A DNA stretch of 64,000 nucleotides, from NCBI GenBank assembly GCA_036677665.1, contig JAVBVX010000038.1, positions 112,909 to 176,908 on the forward strand, in the 5' to 3' direction. The notes below the pieces were generated by a model. That model saw only the letters and a program-made list of their open reading frames with translations. It did no database searches and was not told the origin of the DNA. The position numbers were made by a program, and so were the translations under genes. This document shows positions 51,444 through 60,915 of this stretch, one piece after another (position 1 is the first letter of the stretch; every line of letters starts with the position of its first letter). The stretch is from Clostridium sp. (GTDB lineage: Bacteria > Bacillota > Clostridia > Clostridiales > Clostridiaceae).

Positions 51444-51472
51444 ATTATAATATTAAAAACAAAGTGTGTCAA
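51444..51472 (-). promoter_or_regulatory. sigma-A promoter of the asnS T-box leader
   Basis: TTGACA (51467-51472), 17-nt spacer, TATAAT (51444-51449). Confidence 0.65.
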
Positions 51473-51574
51473 CAAGGCACTGCTATATAGTTTGCTAAAT
51501 AATAACCTTTTTATTCAAGGCTACATAGATTAGTGTTATAATACATCTATATTTTAAAACTGGGGGTGGATTTT

Positions 51575-52507
51575 ATGCATGTTATTGATTTTCATTGTGA
51601 TACAATTTTAAACATATATAGAGATAATACAAGCTTAAAAACTAATGACTATAGTATTGATATTGAAAAACTAATAAAAGCAAATTCTCTTGCTCAATTC
51701 TTTGCTTTATTTATAAATACAAAAACTACTACTGATCCCCTTGAGGAATGTCTTAAAATGCTGGACACATTCTATAATGAACTTTCAAAGAACAAGTCCT
51801 CAATTGCTTTAGTTAGAAATTATAATGAACTAATGCATAATAAAGAAAAAGGTAAAATCTCAGCTTTTCTAACTATTGAAGAAGGAGCTGCTCTTAAGGG
51901 AGATATGTCTAATCTTAAAAACTTTCATAAGCTAGGAGTTAAGCTAATAACCCTAACCTGGAACTTTCCAAATGAAATTGGATATCCTAACGCAGCATTC
52001 AAATATCAAGATAGAGGACTTACTCCTTTTGGACTTGAACTTATAGATGAAATGAATAAACTAAATATGATTATTGATGTATCTCACTTATCTGATGGCG
52101 GTTTTTATGATGTTGCTAAATACTCTAAAGCTCCTTTTGTAGCCTCTCATTCTAATGCTAGAGCCATTACTAATCATCCAAGAAATTTAACTGATGATAT
52201 GATTAAAATACTATCTAATAAGGGTGGAATTATGGGTATAAACTTTTATGGGCACTTTTTAGGTGGCGGTGAATTTAGTAGAATTGATGATATGCTTAGG
52301 CACATAAAGCACATAAGACATGTTGGAGGCATAGATATATTATCCATCGGTTCAGACTTTGATGGCATCGACTCCACTTTGGAAATTGAGAATATAGGAG
52401 AAATTGATAAATTGATTTATGCTCTTAAGAAAGATAACTTTACTGATGATGAAATAGATAAAATCTTTTACAAAAATGCCTTAAGAGTTCTTAAAGAAAT
52501 TGGATAA
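51575..52507 (+). CDS. membrane dipeptidase (peptidase M19)
   Basis: VIDFHCDT at the N-terminus, plus VSHLSD and ASHSNAR, are M19 zinc-ligand motifs. The ATG at 51575 follows GGGGGTGG. Confidence 0.88.
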   Translation: MHVIDFHCDTILNIYRDNTSLKTNDYSIDIEKLIKANSLAQFFALFINTKTTTDPLEECLKMLDTFYNELSKNKSSIALVRNYNELMHNKEKGKISAFLTIEEGAALKGDMSNLKNFHKLGVKLITLTWNFPNEIGYPNAAFKYQDRGLTPFGLELIDEMNKLNMIIDVSHLSDGGFYDVAKYSKAPFVASHSNARAITNHPRNLTDDMIKILSNKGGIMGINFYGHFLGGGEFSRIDDMLRHIKHIRHVGGIDILSIGSDFDGIDSTLEIENIGEIDKLIYALKKDNFTDDEIDKIFYKNALRVLKEIG

Positions 52508-52613
52508 CTTAAATAATCACTTTAAATGTTATATATTTGAAGTATAATTATAATTTGTTATGTTATATAATAGATTATGTAGATTTATAAATGATTGTTG
52601 AGGTGGGTAAAAT

Positions 52614-52883
52614 ATGTATCATTTAAGAAATTATTCAGAGGAAGCTGTAGATAACTTATTAGATAATGTTCTAAGTAAATACGACAATATTTGTAAATGT
52701 GAAAAATGTAAATTAGATATAAAAGCCTATACTTTAAATTTAGTAAAACCAAGGTATATAGTTTCTGAGCAAGGAGAAATCTATACTAGGGCAATAAATG
52801 AAATTGATAAACAAGAAGTTATTAATATTACAGAATATATAATGAATGGCATAGATATAGTAAGCAAAAATCCAAAGCATTAA
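52614..52883 (+). CDS. comFB: ComFB-family protein
   Basis: CKCEKCKLDIKAYTLNLVKPRY and the C-terminal KNPKH parallel remembered B. subtilis ComFB. Confidence 0.8.
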   Translation: MYHLRNYSEEAVDNLLDNVLSKYDNICKCEKCKLDIKAYTLNLVKPRYIVSEQGEIYTRAINEIDKQEVINITEYIMNGIDIVSKNPKH

Positions 52884-53057
52884 TCATATTCCCTAAGGGC
52901 TGCATTCGTTTTTAGCTATAAGTTACTTATACGCTTAATTCAAATGGAGCCTATAAATTTTTATTTCATATAAATTTAAATTTAATTATTATTAATTTTA
53001 TTGAATAATTGGTATAATAATACTGGCAAAGTAATTTCTAAAAAGGAGTGACTATGG

Positions 53058-54749
53058 ATGGATTATAGATTAGTATATGAAAAATGGCTAAATGACGAAT
53101 ACATTAACGAAGAAACTAAGAAGGAATTAATAGCTATACAAAGGGATGAAAAAGAGATAGAGGATAGATTTTATAAAAATTTAGAATTTGGAACTGCTGG
53201 CCTTCGCGGTAAGCTTGGGGCTGGAACTAATAGAATGAATATATATAATATCTCAAAGGTAACTCAAGGTATTGCTGACTTTATTGTTGAAAAAGGCAAG
53301 GACCATATGGATAGAGGAGTTGCCATAGCTTATGATGTTAGACATTTCTCTAAAGAGTTTTCAAAAACAGCTGCACTTGTTCTAGCTGGAAATGGAATCA
53401 AATCTTATTTATTTGAGGATATTCGCCCTACTCCAGAGCTATCCTTTACTATAAGAAGATTAAATGCTACAGCAGGAATAATAATCACAGCTAGTCATAA
53501 CCCAAAGGATTACAATGGATATAAGGTATACTGGGAAGACGGTGCACAAGTACTATCATCTATAGCTGAACCTATGACTGAGAAAATCAATAAAATAGAT
53601 AGCTTTCAAGATATAAAAACTCTTGATGAAAAAGAAGCTTTAGCTAAGGGTTTATTAAACATTATCGGAAAAGAGCTTGATGACGAATACATAGGTAAAG
53701 TTAAGGATTTAGCTTTAAGAGATGATATTGATAAGGATATAAAAATTGTTTACACCCCTCTCAACGGTACAGGAAATATCCCTGTTAGAAGAGTTTTAAG
53801 GGAAAGAGGTTTTACTAATATAGTTGTAGTACCTGAACAAGAAAATCCTGATCCTGATTTTACAACTGTAGGTTACCCTAATCCTGAAGATACTAAAGCA
53901 TTTAAGTATTCTGAAGCTTTAGGTAAAGAGGTTGGTGCAGAGCTCTTGATTGCTACAGATCCTGATTGTGATAGATTAGCTATTGAAGTGCGAGATAAAG
54001 ATGGAGACTATGTTCCTTTTAACGGAAATCAAACTGGAGCTATACTCATAAAATATATTCTTGAGGGAATGCAGGCAAAAGGAACCTTACCTCACAATGG
54101 GGCTATAGTAAAATCTATAGTTACTGGAGATCTTGGGAGCGCTATAGCTTCTGAATATGGAGTTACTGCCTTTGAATCCTTAACTGGCTTTAAGCACATA
54201 TGTGGAAGAATACCTGAGTTCGAAGCTAGTGGAGAGTATGAATTTATATTTGGATATGAGGAAAGTATCGGATACACAACTGGAACTTTTGTAAGAGATA
54301 AGGATGGTGTAAGCTCTGCTATGCTTTTATGTGAGGCTGCCGCTTATTACAAAACTAAGGGCAAAACTCTATTAAATGTTTTAGAAGAGGTTTATAAAAC
54401 CCATGGCTACTATAAAGAGAAACAAATTTCTCTAAATCTTGAGGGAATAGAAGGAAAAGCTAGAATTCAAAGAATAATGGATAGTTATAGAACCTCTTAT
54501 CCAAAAAATATAGGACCTATGACTTTAACTAAAGCCATAGACTATCTAGAAGGCTATGAAGATATACCATCCTCTGATGTACTAAAATTTTATTTAGATA
54601 ATGGAAGCTGGTATGCTGTTCGTCCTTCAGGTACAGAACCAAAAATTAAAATTTACTTATATACAAAAGCTGATACTTCTTCACAAGCCAATGAAAACTT
54701 AAAAGTTATGGAAGCTACTATAATGGAAAAACTTAATTCAACTGAGTAA
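53058..54749 (+). CDS. pgcA: phosphoglucomutase / phosphomannomutase (alpha-D-phosphohexomutase)
   Basis: Active-site TASHNPKDYNGYKVY, metal loop ATDPDCDR, sugar loop GYEESIG and the phosphate-binding RPSGTEPKIK. Confidence 0.93.
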   Translation: MDYRLVYEKWLNDEYINEETKKELIAIQRDEKEIEDRFYKNLEFGTAGLRGKLGAGTNRMNIYNISKVTQGIADFIVEKGKDHMDRGVAIAYDVRHFSKEFSKTAALVLAGNGIKSYLFEDIRPTPELSFTIRRLNATAGIIITASHNPKDYNGYKVYWEDGAQVLSSIAEPMTEKINKIDSFQDIKTLDEKEALAKGLLNIIGKELDDEYIGKVKDLALRDDIDKDIKIVYTPLNGTGNIPVRRVLRERGFTNIVVVPEQENPDPDFTTVGYPNPEDTKAFKYSEALGKEVGAELLIATDPDCDRLAIEVRDKDGDYVPFNGNQTGAILIKYILEGMQAKGTLPHNGAIVKSIVTGDLGSAIASEYGVTAFESLTGFKHICGRIPEFEASGEYEFIFGYEESIGYTTGTFVRDKDGVSSAMLLCEAAAYYKTKGKTLLNVLEEVYKTHGYYKEKQISLNLEGIEGKARIQRIMDSYRTSYPKNIGPMTLTKAIDYLEGYEDIPSSDVLKFYLDNGSWYAVRPSGTEPKIKIYLYTKADTSSQANENLKVMEATIMEKLNSTE

Positions 54750-54762
54750 AATTTATAAAAAA

Positions 54763-54794
54763 GCTTAGCATAAACACTATGTTCTATGCTAAGC
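54763..54794. terminator. bidirectional terminator
   Basis: 10-bp stem gcttagcata/tatgctaagc. Confidence 0.65.
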
Positions 54795-54827
54795 CTTATA
54801 CTTAAATTGAAAACTCAACAGCTTGTC

Positions 54828-55139
54828 TTACATTTTTATAAAAGTGTAGTGTCCTAAAGCTATTGCAGTTAATGCAGCTCCTGTTGTAGTAGCTACAGTT
54901 GCTGCTACATTAGAAACAAGTTCAAATCCATTTTGAAGTAAGCATGCAACTACATCAGCAAGATCATCACCAATTTCTATTTCACATGCAGTAGCTTCGA
55001 ATGGTGAATTTGGATAAACATCAAAACTAGCAACAGCATTAGTTGCAATATCATATGAAAGCGTAACAACAGCTATAGCTCCATTATTGTTTTCTTTTCC
55101 ATTATGACATTTTCTTAAATCATCCTCATTGTATCTCAA
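54828..55139 (-). CDS. hypothetical small protein (103 aa), probable TTG start
   Basis: AGGAGGTGA lies 4 nt before the TTG at 55139. The track's GTG start at 55184 has no RBS. A/T/V-rich C-terminal half; no family recognised. Confidence 0.5.
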   Translation of the reverse strand: MRYNEDDLRKCHNGKENNNGAIAVVTLSYDIATNAVASFDVYPNSPFEATACEIEIGDDLADVVACLLQNGFELVSNVAATVATTTGAALTAIALGHYTFIKM

Positions 55140-55335
55140 ATTGTCACCTCCTAGTACCCAAATTGTCTTCTTAAGCTTGTCCACTATTTTATTATCTTTA
55201 GGTCTGTAGGATTTTATCTTCTGCTTACCATATTATAATATTAAAAAAATATAAAAGTGTTACATATTTTAATGAAAAAAGTAAAAGATATATAACTTTA
55301 TCTTTTACTCTCTTTTATTCTTATATATTAAATTC

Positions 55336-56070
55336 TTATAATGACTTTTTTATAGCTGATACTACTGTTGCCATTGAATTTAGGTTATACTCCTCTTCAT
55401 TAAATCCTCCAAAAAATTCTATACTACTAAAACCCGAATTTTCTAATATATTTTGTAAGTCTTCCCTTAAAAGAGGGTAAAGTGGAACACAATTTTCATA
55501 TACTCTCTCATCATTATCTTTTGTAATTACTAACTTAGTCTTAAATAGAATTTTATCATCTTTTTTCTCATAATCTCTTATAAAACTAACTCTTTCCTCT
55601 GACCTTTCTATTGTAGGAAGTCCCTTAAGGTTTTTTTCTAAAATTCTATCATAGTTTATTATTTGTATAATTATTACTCCATCCTTATTTAAAAGGTTGT
55701 ATAGTTTATTAATTACTATGCTAATCTCTTCTTTATTATTTAAATGTACTAGAGAATTTCCTATACAAAATATTACATCAAATTTTTCTTCTAATTTATC
55801 TACTTCTTTCATATCCATAGCAAAGGCTTTTACACTAACTCCTTCATTATAAGCCTTTTTTTCTATTTTTTTTATCATCTCAGTGTCTAAATCTGCAGCC
55901 ATTACATTGTATCCTAATTTAGCTAAAGCAACTGAATAATTTCCAGTTCCTGCAGCTAAATCAAGAATTTTATGTTTATCCTTTGATCTTTTCTTAATAA
56001 AATTTAATTGTGCCTCTCCAAGTGGAAACACTATATCATAATATCTACTTAATTCCTCATAAAACCCCAA
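55336..56070 (-). CDS. class I SAM-dependent methyltransferase
   Basis: Motif I ILDLAAGTGNYS, motif II DVIFCIGNSL. Confidence 0.85.
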   Translation of the reverse strand: MGFYEELSRYYDIVFPLGEAQLNFIKKRSKDKHKILDLAAGTGNYSVALAKLGYNVMAADLDTEMIKKIEKKAYNEGVSVKAFAMDMKEVDKLEEKFDVIFCIGNSLVHLNNKEEISIVINKLYNLLNKDGVIIIQIINYDRILEKNLKGLPTIERSEERVSFIRDYEKKDDKILFKTKLVITKDNDERVYENCVPLYPLLREDLQNILENSGFSSIEFFGGFNEEEYNLNSMATVVSAIKKSL

Positions 56071-56072
56071 AT

Positions 56073-56633
56073 TTAAATACTCCTTTCTAAATCTTCTAAA
56101 ATCTTTAGATATTTTTCTTGAAGCTTTTTATCACTAGCTGCTTCTTCTACTTCCTTACATCTCTCATCTATCTCTTTTAAATCTTCTTTTGATAAGTTAT
56201 TTCTAGCAAAATTATATAATGCATTATCTTCCTTAAATATATGTCTCTTTAAAAGATCCGTGTATCCTATGGTATTAGCTATTATATCTACTCTAGCATC
56301 TTCATCTCCCATTTCATAAATTTCAAGAGCATTTTGTAAATTCATCATAAAAAGTCTTCCTAAATCGTGTTCTACTAGCATTCCTTCTACAGTCATTTTT
56401 CCTAAATGGTTATCTTCTCCTTCATGTTCTGCAGACAATTTTACAAAAAGAATAGCCTCTTCCTTATTATGATGATGCTTATCTGCATAATTCCTTATAA
56501 AATCTATCACCTTGTAAAAATCTTTATAGTCCACCGTATCATGATTGAGTACCTTAATACAAAGCTTTCTTGCCACCTCAAGCATTCTTTTTATATTATT
56601 GTGTTCCTGAACCATTATATCTATAGCATCCAT
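56073..56633 (-). CDS. hemerythrin (HHE cation-binding) domain protein
   Basis: H..(E) pairs: MVQEHNNI, ADKHHHNKEE, LVEHDLG and HIFKEDN. Confidence 0.75.
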   Translation of the reverse strand: MDAIDIMVQEHNNIKRMLEVARKLCIKVLNHDTVDYKDFYKVIDFIRNYADKHHHNKEEAILFVKLSAEHEGEDNHLGKMTVEGMLVEHDLGRLFMMNLQNALEIYEMGDEDARVDIIANTIGYTDLLKRHIFKEDNALYNFARNNLSKEDLKEIDERCKEVEEAASDKKLQEKYLKILEDLERSI

Positions 56634-56903
56634 TTTTATTTCTCCTTCCGATTTTTGTTTTTATGTTATTAGTATTACCTTATTTTCTACTCACTATTAA
56701 CTAGTACCTAGTCTATATTTAAAATACTATCACATCCTATAAATAATAGTGGTAACATTAGTTACATATAAATGAATTCTAGAAATTTTTTCTTCTTTTT
56801 GGTAAACTAAACAGAAACATTGTGTCTACTTTCCTAGGAACCCTATGGTTCTCCTCGAACATTCAGTGTTTCAGCGCCCTTCTTGCTACAAATTTCTATA
56901 TAA

Positions 56904-56935
56904 GAAAAAGAGTAGCCAGTTTTAACTAACTACTC
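56904..56935 (-). terminator. terminator of the secreted-protein/ABC operon
   Basis: 10-bp stem (two G-U pairs) gagtagccag/ctaactactc read on the minus strand, followed by TTTTTCTT. Confidence 0.65.
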
Positions 56936-57045
56936 CTTATAAATGCCAATTCCCAAATGTACAACTATTATAACTAGGTATTACTATTTTCTTAGACTCT
57001 AATAATTCTATCTTTCTTTTTACTCCATAAGAACCCCTTGCTATT

Positions 57046-57690
57046 TTAATAATAAAATCTTTTATTTTTATATATTCCAATGATTAAAAATAAAAAGCCT
57101 AATAAACAAAATATAAAATATTTCGTGATGATAGTTTGAAATACTACTCTTTGTCCATTTTCAAATACACTAATATATTTAATATATTTAGAATCTATAA
57201 AAATAGCTAATAACTCATATATGAGTAAAAACATAAAGCTTATAGTAGTAGATTTTAAAGCATAAATTAGCATATATGATAATGAAGTAAAAAAGAAGCA
57301 TTGAATGACTGTCTTCAAAAATTCTAACAATACATTATCCCAAAACCAACTATATACTAAAAAAAGAATACCAACATGTATAATATACCAAGTAAATATC
57401 AAAGCAGTATGATGGAATTTGACTTTTCCTGAATCCTCAATACAATATAAAAGCTCATTGCCGTCGCCTTCAACATATTCTTTAAATATAAAAGTAATCC
57501 ACCATAAAGACATAATAGGTATATACTTTTCAACTTCTCTGAATACTAGAGAATAGGCATTTTCAATATTTCCTGATATATTAATCATTCCAATATTTAA
57601 AATAGGAATAAAAATATATAAAATTATTAAGGGAATAAAATAATACATCCTTAAATTTTTAAAAGAAAAATAAATAAGTTTTATCTTCAT
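57046..57690 (-). CDS. polytopic membrane protein (ABC-2-like permease component, about 6 TM)
   Basis: Hydrophobicity pattern only. Lies 4 nt after the ATPase gene. Confidence 0.6.
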   Translation of the reverse strand: MKIKLIYFSFKNLRMYYFIPLIILYIFIPILNIGMINISGNIENAYSLVFREVEKYIPIMSLWWITFIFKEYVEGDGNELLYCIEDSGKVKFHHTALIFTWYIIHVGILFLVYSWFWDNVLLEFLKTVIQCFFFTSLSYMLIYALKSTTISFMFLLIYELLAIFIDSKYIKYISVFENGQRVVFQTIITKYFIFCLLGFLFLIIGIYKNKRFYY

Positions 57691-57694
57691 ACTT

Positions 57695-58534
57695 TTATAT
57701 ACCCTTCAATATACACATATATCCATCTTCAATGCTAGGCTCTATCCCTTCATATCCCTCATTCTTACTTGAAAGCACTCTTGAAAAATTCTCACCATTT
57801 CTTTCAAAAGTTCTCTCAACAAAGTGATTAGAGCTAATTTCAGTTCCTTCTTTTACTTGAAAAACTTTTCCCTTTGCTATCAATCTAATTTCTTCACTAG
57901 TTCCTTCTCTAAGTATTTTACCATCTTGCATAATGATTATTTTATTACAACATGCTTCAACATCCTCCACAATATGCGTAGAAATTATAATTATCCTATC
58001 TTCTTTTATATCAGATAATAAGTTTTTAAATCTTATCCTCTCTTCTGGGTCAAGCCCAGCAGTAGGTTCATCAAAGATTATTATTTTAGGGTCTCCTAAT
58101 ATTGCTTGAGCAATGCCTAATCGTCTAATCATTCCTCCTGATAATGTTGATATTTTCTCATTTACTTTATCATCTAAATTAACTATTTCTATGCTCTTTT
58201 TGATATATGAGTCCATTGATTCTTTAGGGAGTTTTTTTAGTACTGAAAAATACTCTAGCATTTCATAAACTGTTAATTCTTTAAATAATCCAAATTTTTG
58301 TGGAAGATAGCCAATGTACTTAGAAAATGTAGAATTATTTATAATTTCTCGCTCTTCAAATTTTATATTTCCTTTAGTAGGATTGTACAAATTAACTATG
58401 CACCTCATTAATGTAGTTTTACCAGCACCATTTGTACCTAAGAGCCCATAAACTCCTGTTTCTAAATTTACTGAAATTCCTTTTAGCACTTCTTTTTTTC
58501 TAAAAGACTTATATAACCCTAAAATTTCTAACAT
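57695..58534 (-). CDS. ABC transporter ATP-binding protein
   Basis: Walker A GTNGAGKTT, signature LSGGMIRRLGIA, Walker B IIIFDEPTAGLD, H-loop STHIVED. Confidence 0.92.
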   Translation of the reverse strand: MLEILGLYKSFRKKEVLKGISVNLETGVYGLLGTNGAGKTTLMRCIVNLYNPTKGNIKFEEREIINNSTFSKYIGYLPQKFGLFKELTVYEMLEYFSVLKKLPKESMDSYIKKSIEIVNLDDKVNEKISTLSGGMIRRLGIAQAILGDPKIIIFDEPTAGLDPEERIRFKNLLSDIKEDRIIIISTHIVEDVEACCNKIIIMQDGKILREGTSEEIRLIAKGKVFQVKEGTEISSNHFVERTFERNGENFSRVLSSKNEGYEGIEPSIEDGYMCILKGI

Positions 58535-58546
58535 TATTGGTGCCCC

Positions 58547-60481
58547 CTAATTGTTTAAGTTTTTAAGAAATGTTATTGAATCTCTTTTTTGATTGTTATC
58601 TTTCAAAAATTTATAAGTATTCTTAATAACATAATCTTCACCTAGTTCATTTATTTTTTTTAAAAATAAGTGAATCATTTCAAAAGATGGATTGTTATTC
58701 AATTCTTCTTCTGGAATACGTAGAAACCTATCTTTATTTAAAATATAGTCAAATAATAGAGTATTAATCTTTCTTTTCTTTATATCTTGTGACAAATTAG
58801 ATTGTAAAAGTCCAAGAGCTATTTGTTCTTTACTTAATTCCCATACAAAGATATGATCTTTAAAACTTATTATTCCATCCCCTAGCATTTTGGAAGAAAA
58901 TGTTGTTGGGGATTGAAAGATTTTTTTACCACTCACATTAAAATCGGCATCCTCTCCAAGTATTCCCTTATATAATGTTAATGTTTTTTCAATATTTAAA
59001 AGAAAACTTATATCCATTTTTTCTAATATTAATCCGTAAAGCAAATTATTCTCAAACTTCTTTTCTTCTAAAAAACCACCAATCAGAGTAAGTTCTTGTG
59101 ATTCGCCAGAAAAATTATTATCATTTTTATCTAAGTTTGAGTAAATATTTAAATTTGACTTTATAGATACATCAAATTTCGTATTTTGTTCTCTTATTAT
59201 TGGAATAAATCTAGATTCCTCTTTCATATATATTTTTTTGTACCCTTCAATTGGATAGTAGGGGAAAGATCCTGGTAGTAAAACAGCCTGTAAGTTACTA
59301 TAAAACACAGGACTGTACCCACTATATAAAATTCTAATTTCTTCTAGCTTTTTATTAGTAGGGTTAATTACCTCCAAATAGTCTCCATTTCTTTTGTAGT
59401 CCAAAACCTCATTATTTTTGCTAAGAACTTTTTTAACTTTATAATTTCTATATAGTGTGAATTTATAGCTGTTTAAGGTTTCTTTCTCATCTAAATAAAT
59501 AATTATATCACTATTAAGTTGCCTATTTATTGTAAATTTCATATTATAAGCTGAAATGTTAAATTGTACAATTTCTTCTTTTTGGATATCATTCATATAA
59601 TAAAGTTCATCAAAAGCTATAAAACTTTTAGGATTATGATCTTTTTTGACGATACTGCCTGGTTTGGTAAAACTAGATAAGTTTAATATAGCTACAATTA
59701 TTAAACCTATTGCTATAAAATTTAAAGAATTATATCTTCTCCTGCTTAACTTTACAAGTAAAATGGAACTTAAAAAACTTATCCAAAATAGCAATAAGTT
59801 CCACCTGTAAGGTTCTATAGCTAATCCATATAATTCTTCTTCAACCCAATATAAATTTGGAGGTAAAACATTTAATATTTCAATAAATGGATATATATTA
59901 ACTCCATAACCCATATAGAGAGTATAAGGCACAAATTCAAAAATTGGACTTATTACCACTATTGAAATTATCATCAAGGAATATGCACTAAACCTTGTTA
60001 GATATACCGATATAGTACTTCCTATACACACTGCGAAACAAGATACTAAAAAAATGTTAAGAAAATTATTTAAGAATATATGAAATAAAAAGGGTAAGAA
60101 ATTTACATTCATAACTATATATACGACAAAATTATATATAAAAATATTTAAGGTCATAGTTACTATAAGTATTATAAGAACTACAGTCTTTGAAAAATAT
60201 AATTTTAAATTTCCCTTATTTAATGCTAGAATGCATTCTGAAAGACTTTCACTTTTACTTTTAATTAAATATTCATAAGATATAAAGGTAAAAAAAACAA
60301 AATAAATCATACTAATTCTTTGACTATATTGTAAATAAAAGAATGCATCTTTATGTATAGATAAATTATACATACCTAAAATTAAATATCCATTCACTAT
60401 AATAAAAAATACTAATAATGCTATAGATAAATATATACTTTTAAAAAAGATTTTAAAATTACTTTTTATTAAATAATTCAT
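58547..60481 (-). CDS. 7-TM membrane protein with a 365-aa C-terminal (predicted extracellular) domain resembling the N-terminal beta-domain of M1 aminopeptidases but lacking HEXXH
   Basis: Seven hydrophobic segments in residues 15-275. After them, FNISAYNMKFTINRQLNSDIIIYLDEKETLNSYKFTLYRNYKVKKV...DYLEVI follows the aminopeptidase-N N-domain pattern. No HEXXH or GxMEN anywhere. Confidence 0.55.
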   Translation of the reverse strand: MNYLIKSNFKIFFKSIYLSIALLVFFIIVNGYLILGMYNLSIHKDAFFYLQYSQRISMIYFVFFTFISYEYLIKSKSESLSECILALNKGNLKLYFSKTVVLIILIVTMTLNIFIYNFVVYIVMNVNFLPFLFHIFLNNFLNIFLVSCFAVCIGSTISVYLTRFSAYSLMIISIVVISPIFEFVPYTLYMGYGVNIYPFIEILNVLPPNLYWVEEELYGLAIEPYRWNLLLFWISFLSSILLVKLSRRRYNSLNFIAIGLIIVAILNLSSFTKPGSIVKKDHNPKSFIAFDELYYMNDIQKEEIVQFNISAYNMKFTINRQLNSDIIIYLDEKETLNSYKFTLYRNYKVKKVLSKNNEVLDYKRNGDYLEVINPTNKKLEEIRILYSGYSPVFYSNLQAVLLPGSFPYYPIEGYKKIYMKEESRFIPIIREQNTKFDVSIKSNLNIYSNLDKNDNNFSGESQELTLIGGFLEEKKFENNLLYGLILEKMDISFLLNIEKTLTLYKGILGEDADFNVSGKKIFQSPTTFSSKMLGDGIISFKDHIFVWELSKEQIALGLLQSNLSQDIKKRKINTLLFDYILNKDRFLRIPEEELNNNPSFEMIHLFLKKINELGEDYVIKNTYKFLKDNNQKRDSITFLKNLNN

Positions 60482-60525
60482 TTAAATTCTCCCTTAAGTA
60501 ATAATTATTATGTAAAGTTAAAATA

Positions 60526-60539
60526 GGGGGGAGCCCCCC
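60526..60539 (-). promoter_or_regulatory. G6/C6 hairpin immediately after the secreted-protein stop (possible intra-operon attenuator or mRNA stabiliser)
   Basis: ggggggagcccccc in otherwise roughly 75 percent AT sequence. On the minus strand it is followed by tatttta. Confidence 0.45.
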
Positions 60540-60543
60540 ATTA

Positions 60544-60915
60544 CTACCAGATACTCCCACTAGCTGTACAATATGCAGTTCCCCATCCATTAGGGTTTAA
60601 TTCTATATTCCAATTAACATTACCACCATCTATATATTTGCCATTAGCAGATTGACCTATTGGCATAAGGGTTTCACCTGCTGTCACCCATCCTTTGCCA
60701 GCTTGTGCTTTGTTTATAATAGCATAAACACCATTTACTGAAGTAGTACTATTTGTAGCAGTATAACTTGCAGCTGTTTGAAGACCAATAGAAGCACTAG
60801 TAACTGATGTGTCTGAAATAGTTAGATATACAGAAACAGCACTAGCGCTACTTGAAAAACTAAGCATAATAGCACAAGATAAAGCAAGACTAGATAATAA
60901 TTTCCCTTTTTTCAC
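60544..60915 (-). CDS. Sec-exported small protein (123-aa precursor, about 97-aa mature); candidate unmodified bacteriocin or secreted effector
   Basis: The GTG at 60915 is 7 nt after AAGGGGGA. Signal peptide MKKGKLLSSLALSCAIMLSFSSSASA|VS. S/T/G/N-rich mature part ending GWGTAYCTASGSIW. Confidence 0.7.
   Translation of the reverse strand: MKKGKLLSSLALSCAIMLSFSSSASAVSVYLTISDTSVTSASIGLQTAASYTATNSTTSVNGVYAIINKAQAGKGWVTAGETLMPIGQSANGKYIDGGNVNWNIELNPNGWGTAYCTASGSIW

Noticed and set aside
43797-56722. Recurrence of the ggtactag / tagtaccta motif at 43797-43811, 43855-43862 and 56712-56722. Considered as a shared regulator site.
   Set aside because: Only 8-9 nt are shared, which is expected by chance in 64 kb. 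The contexts are unrelated.
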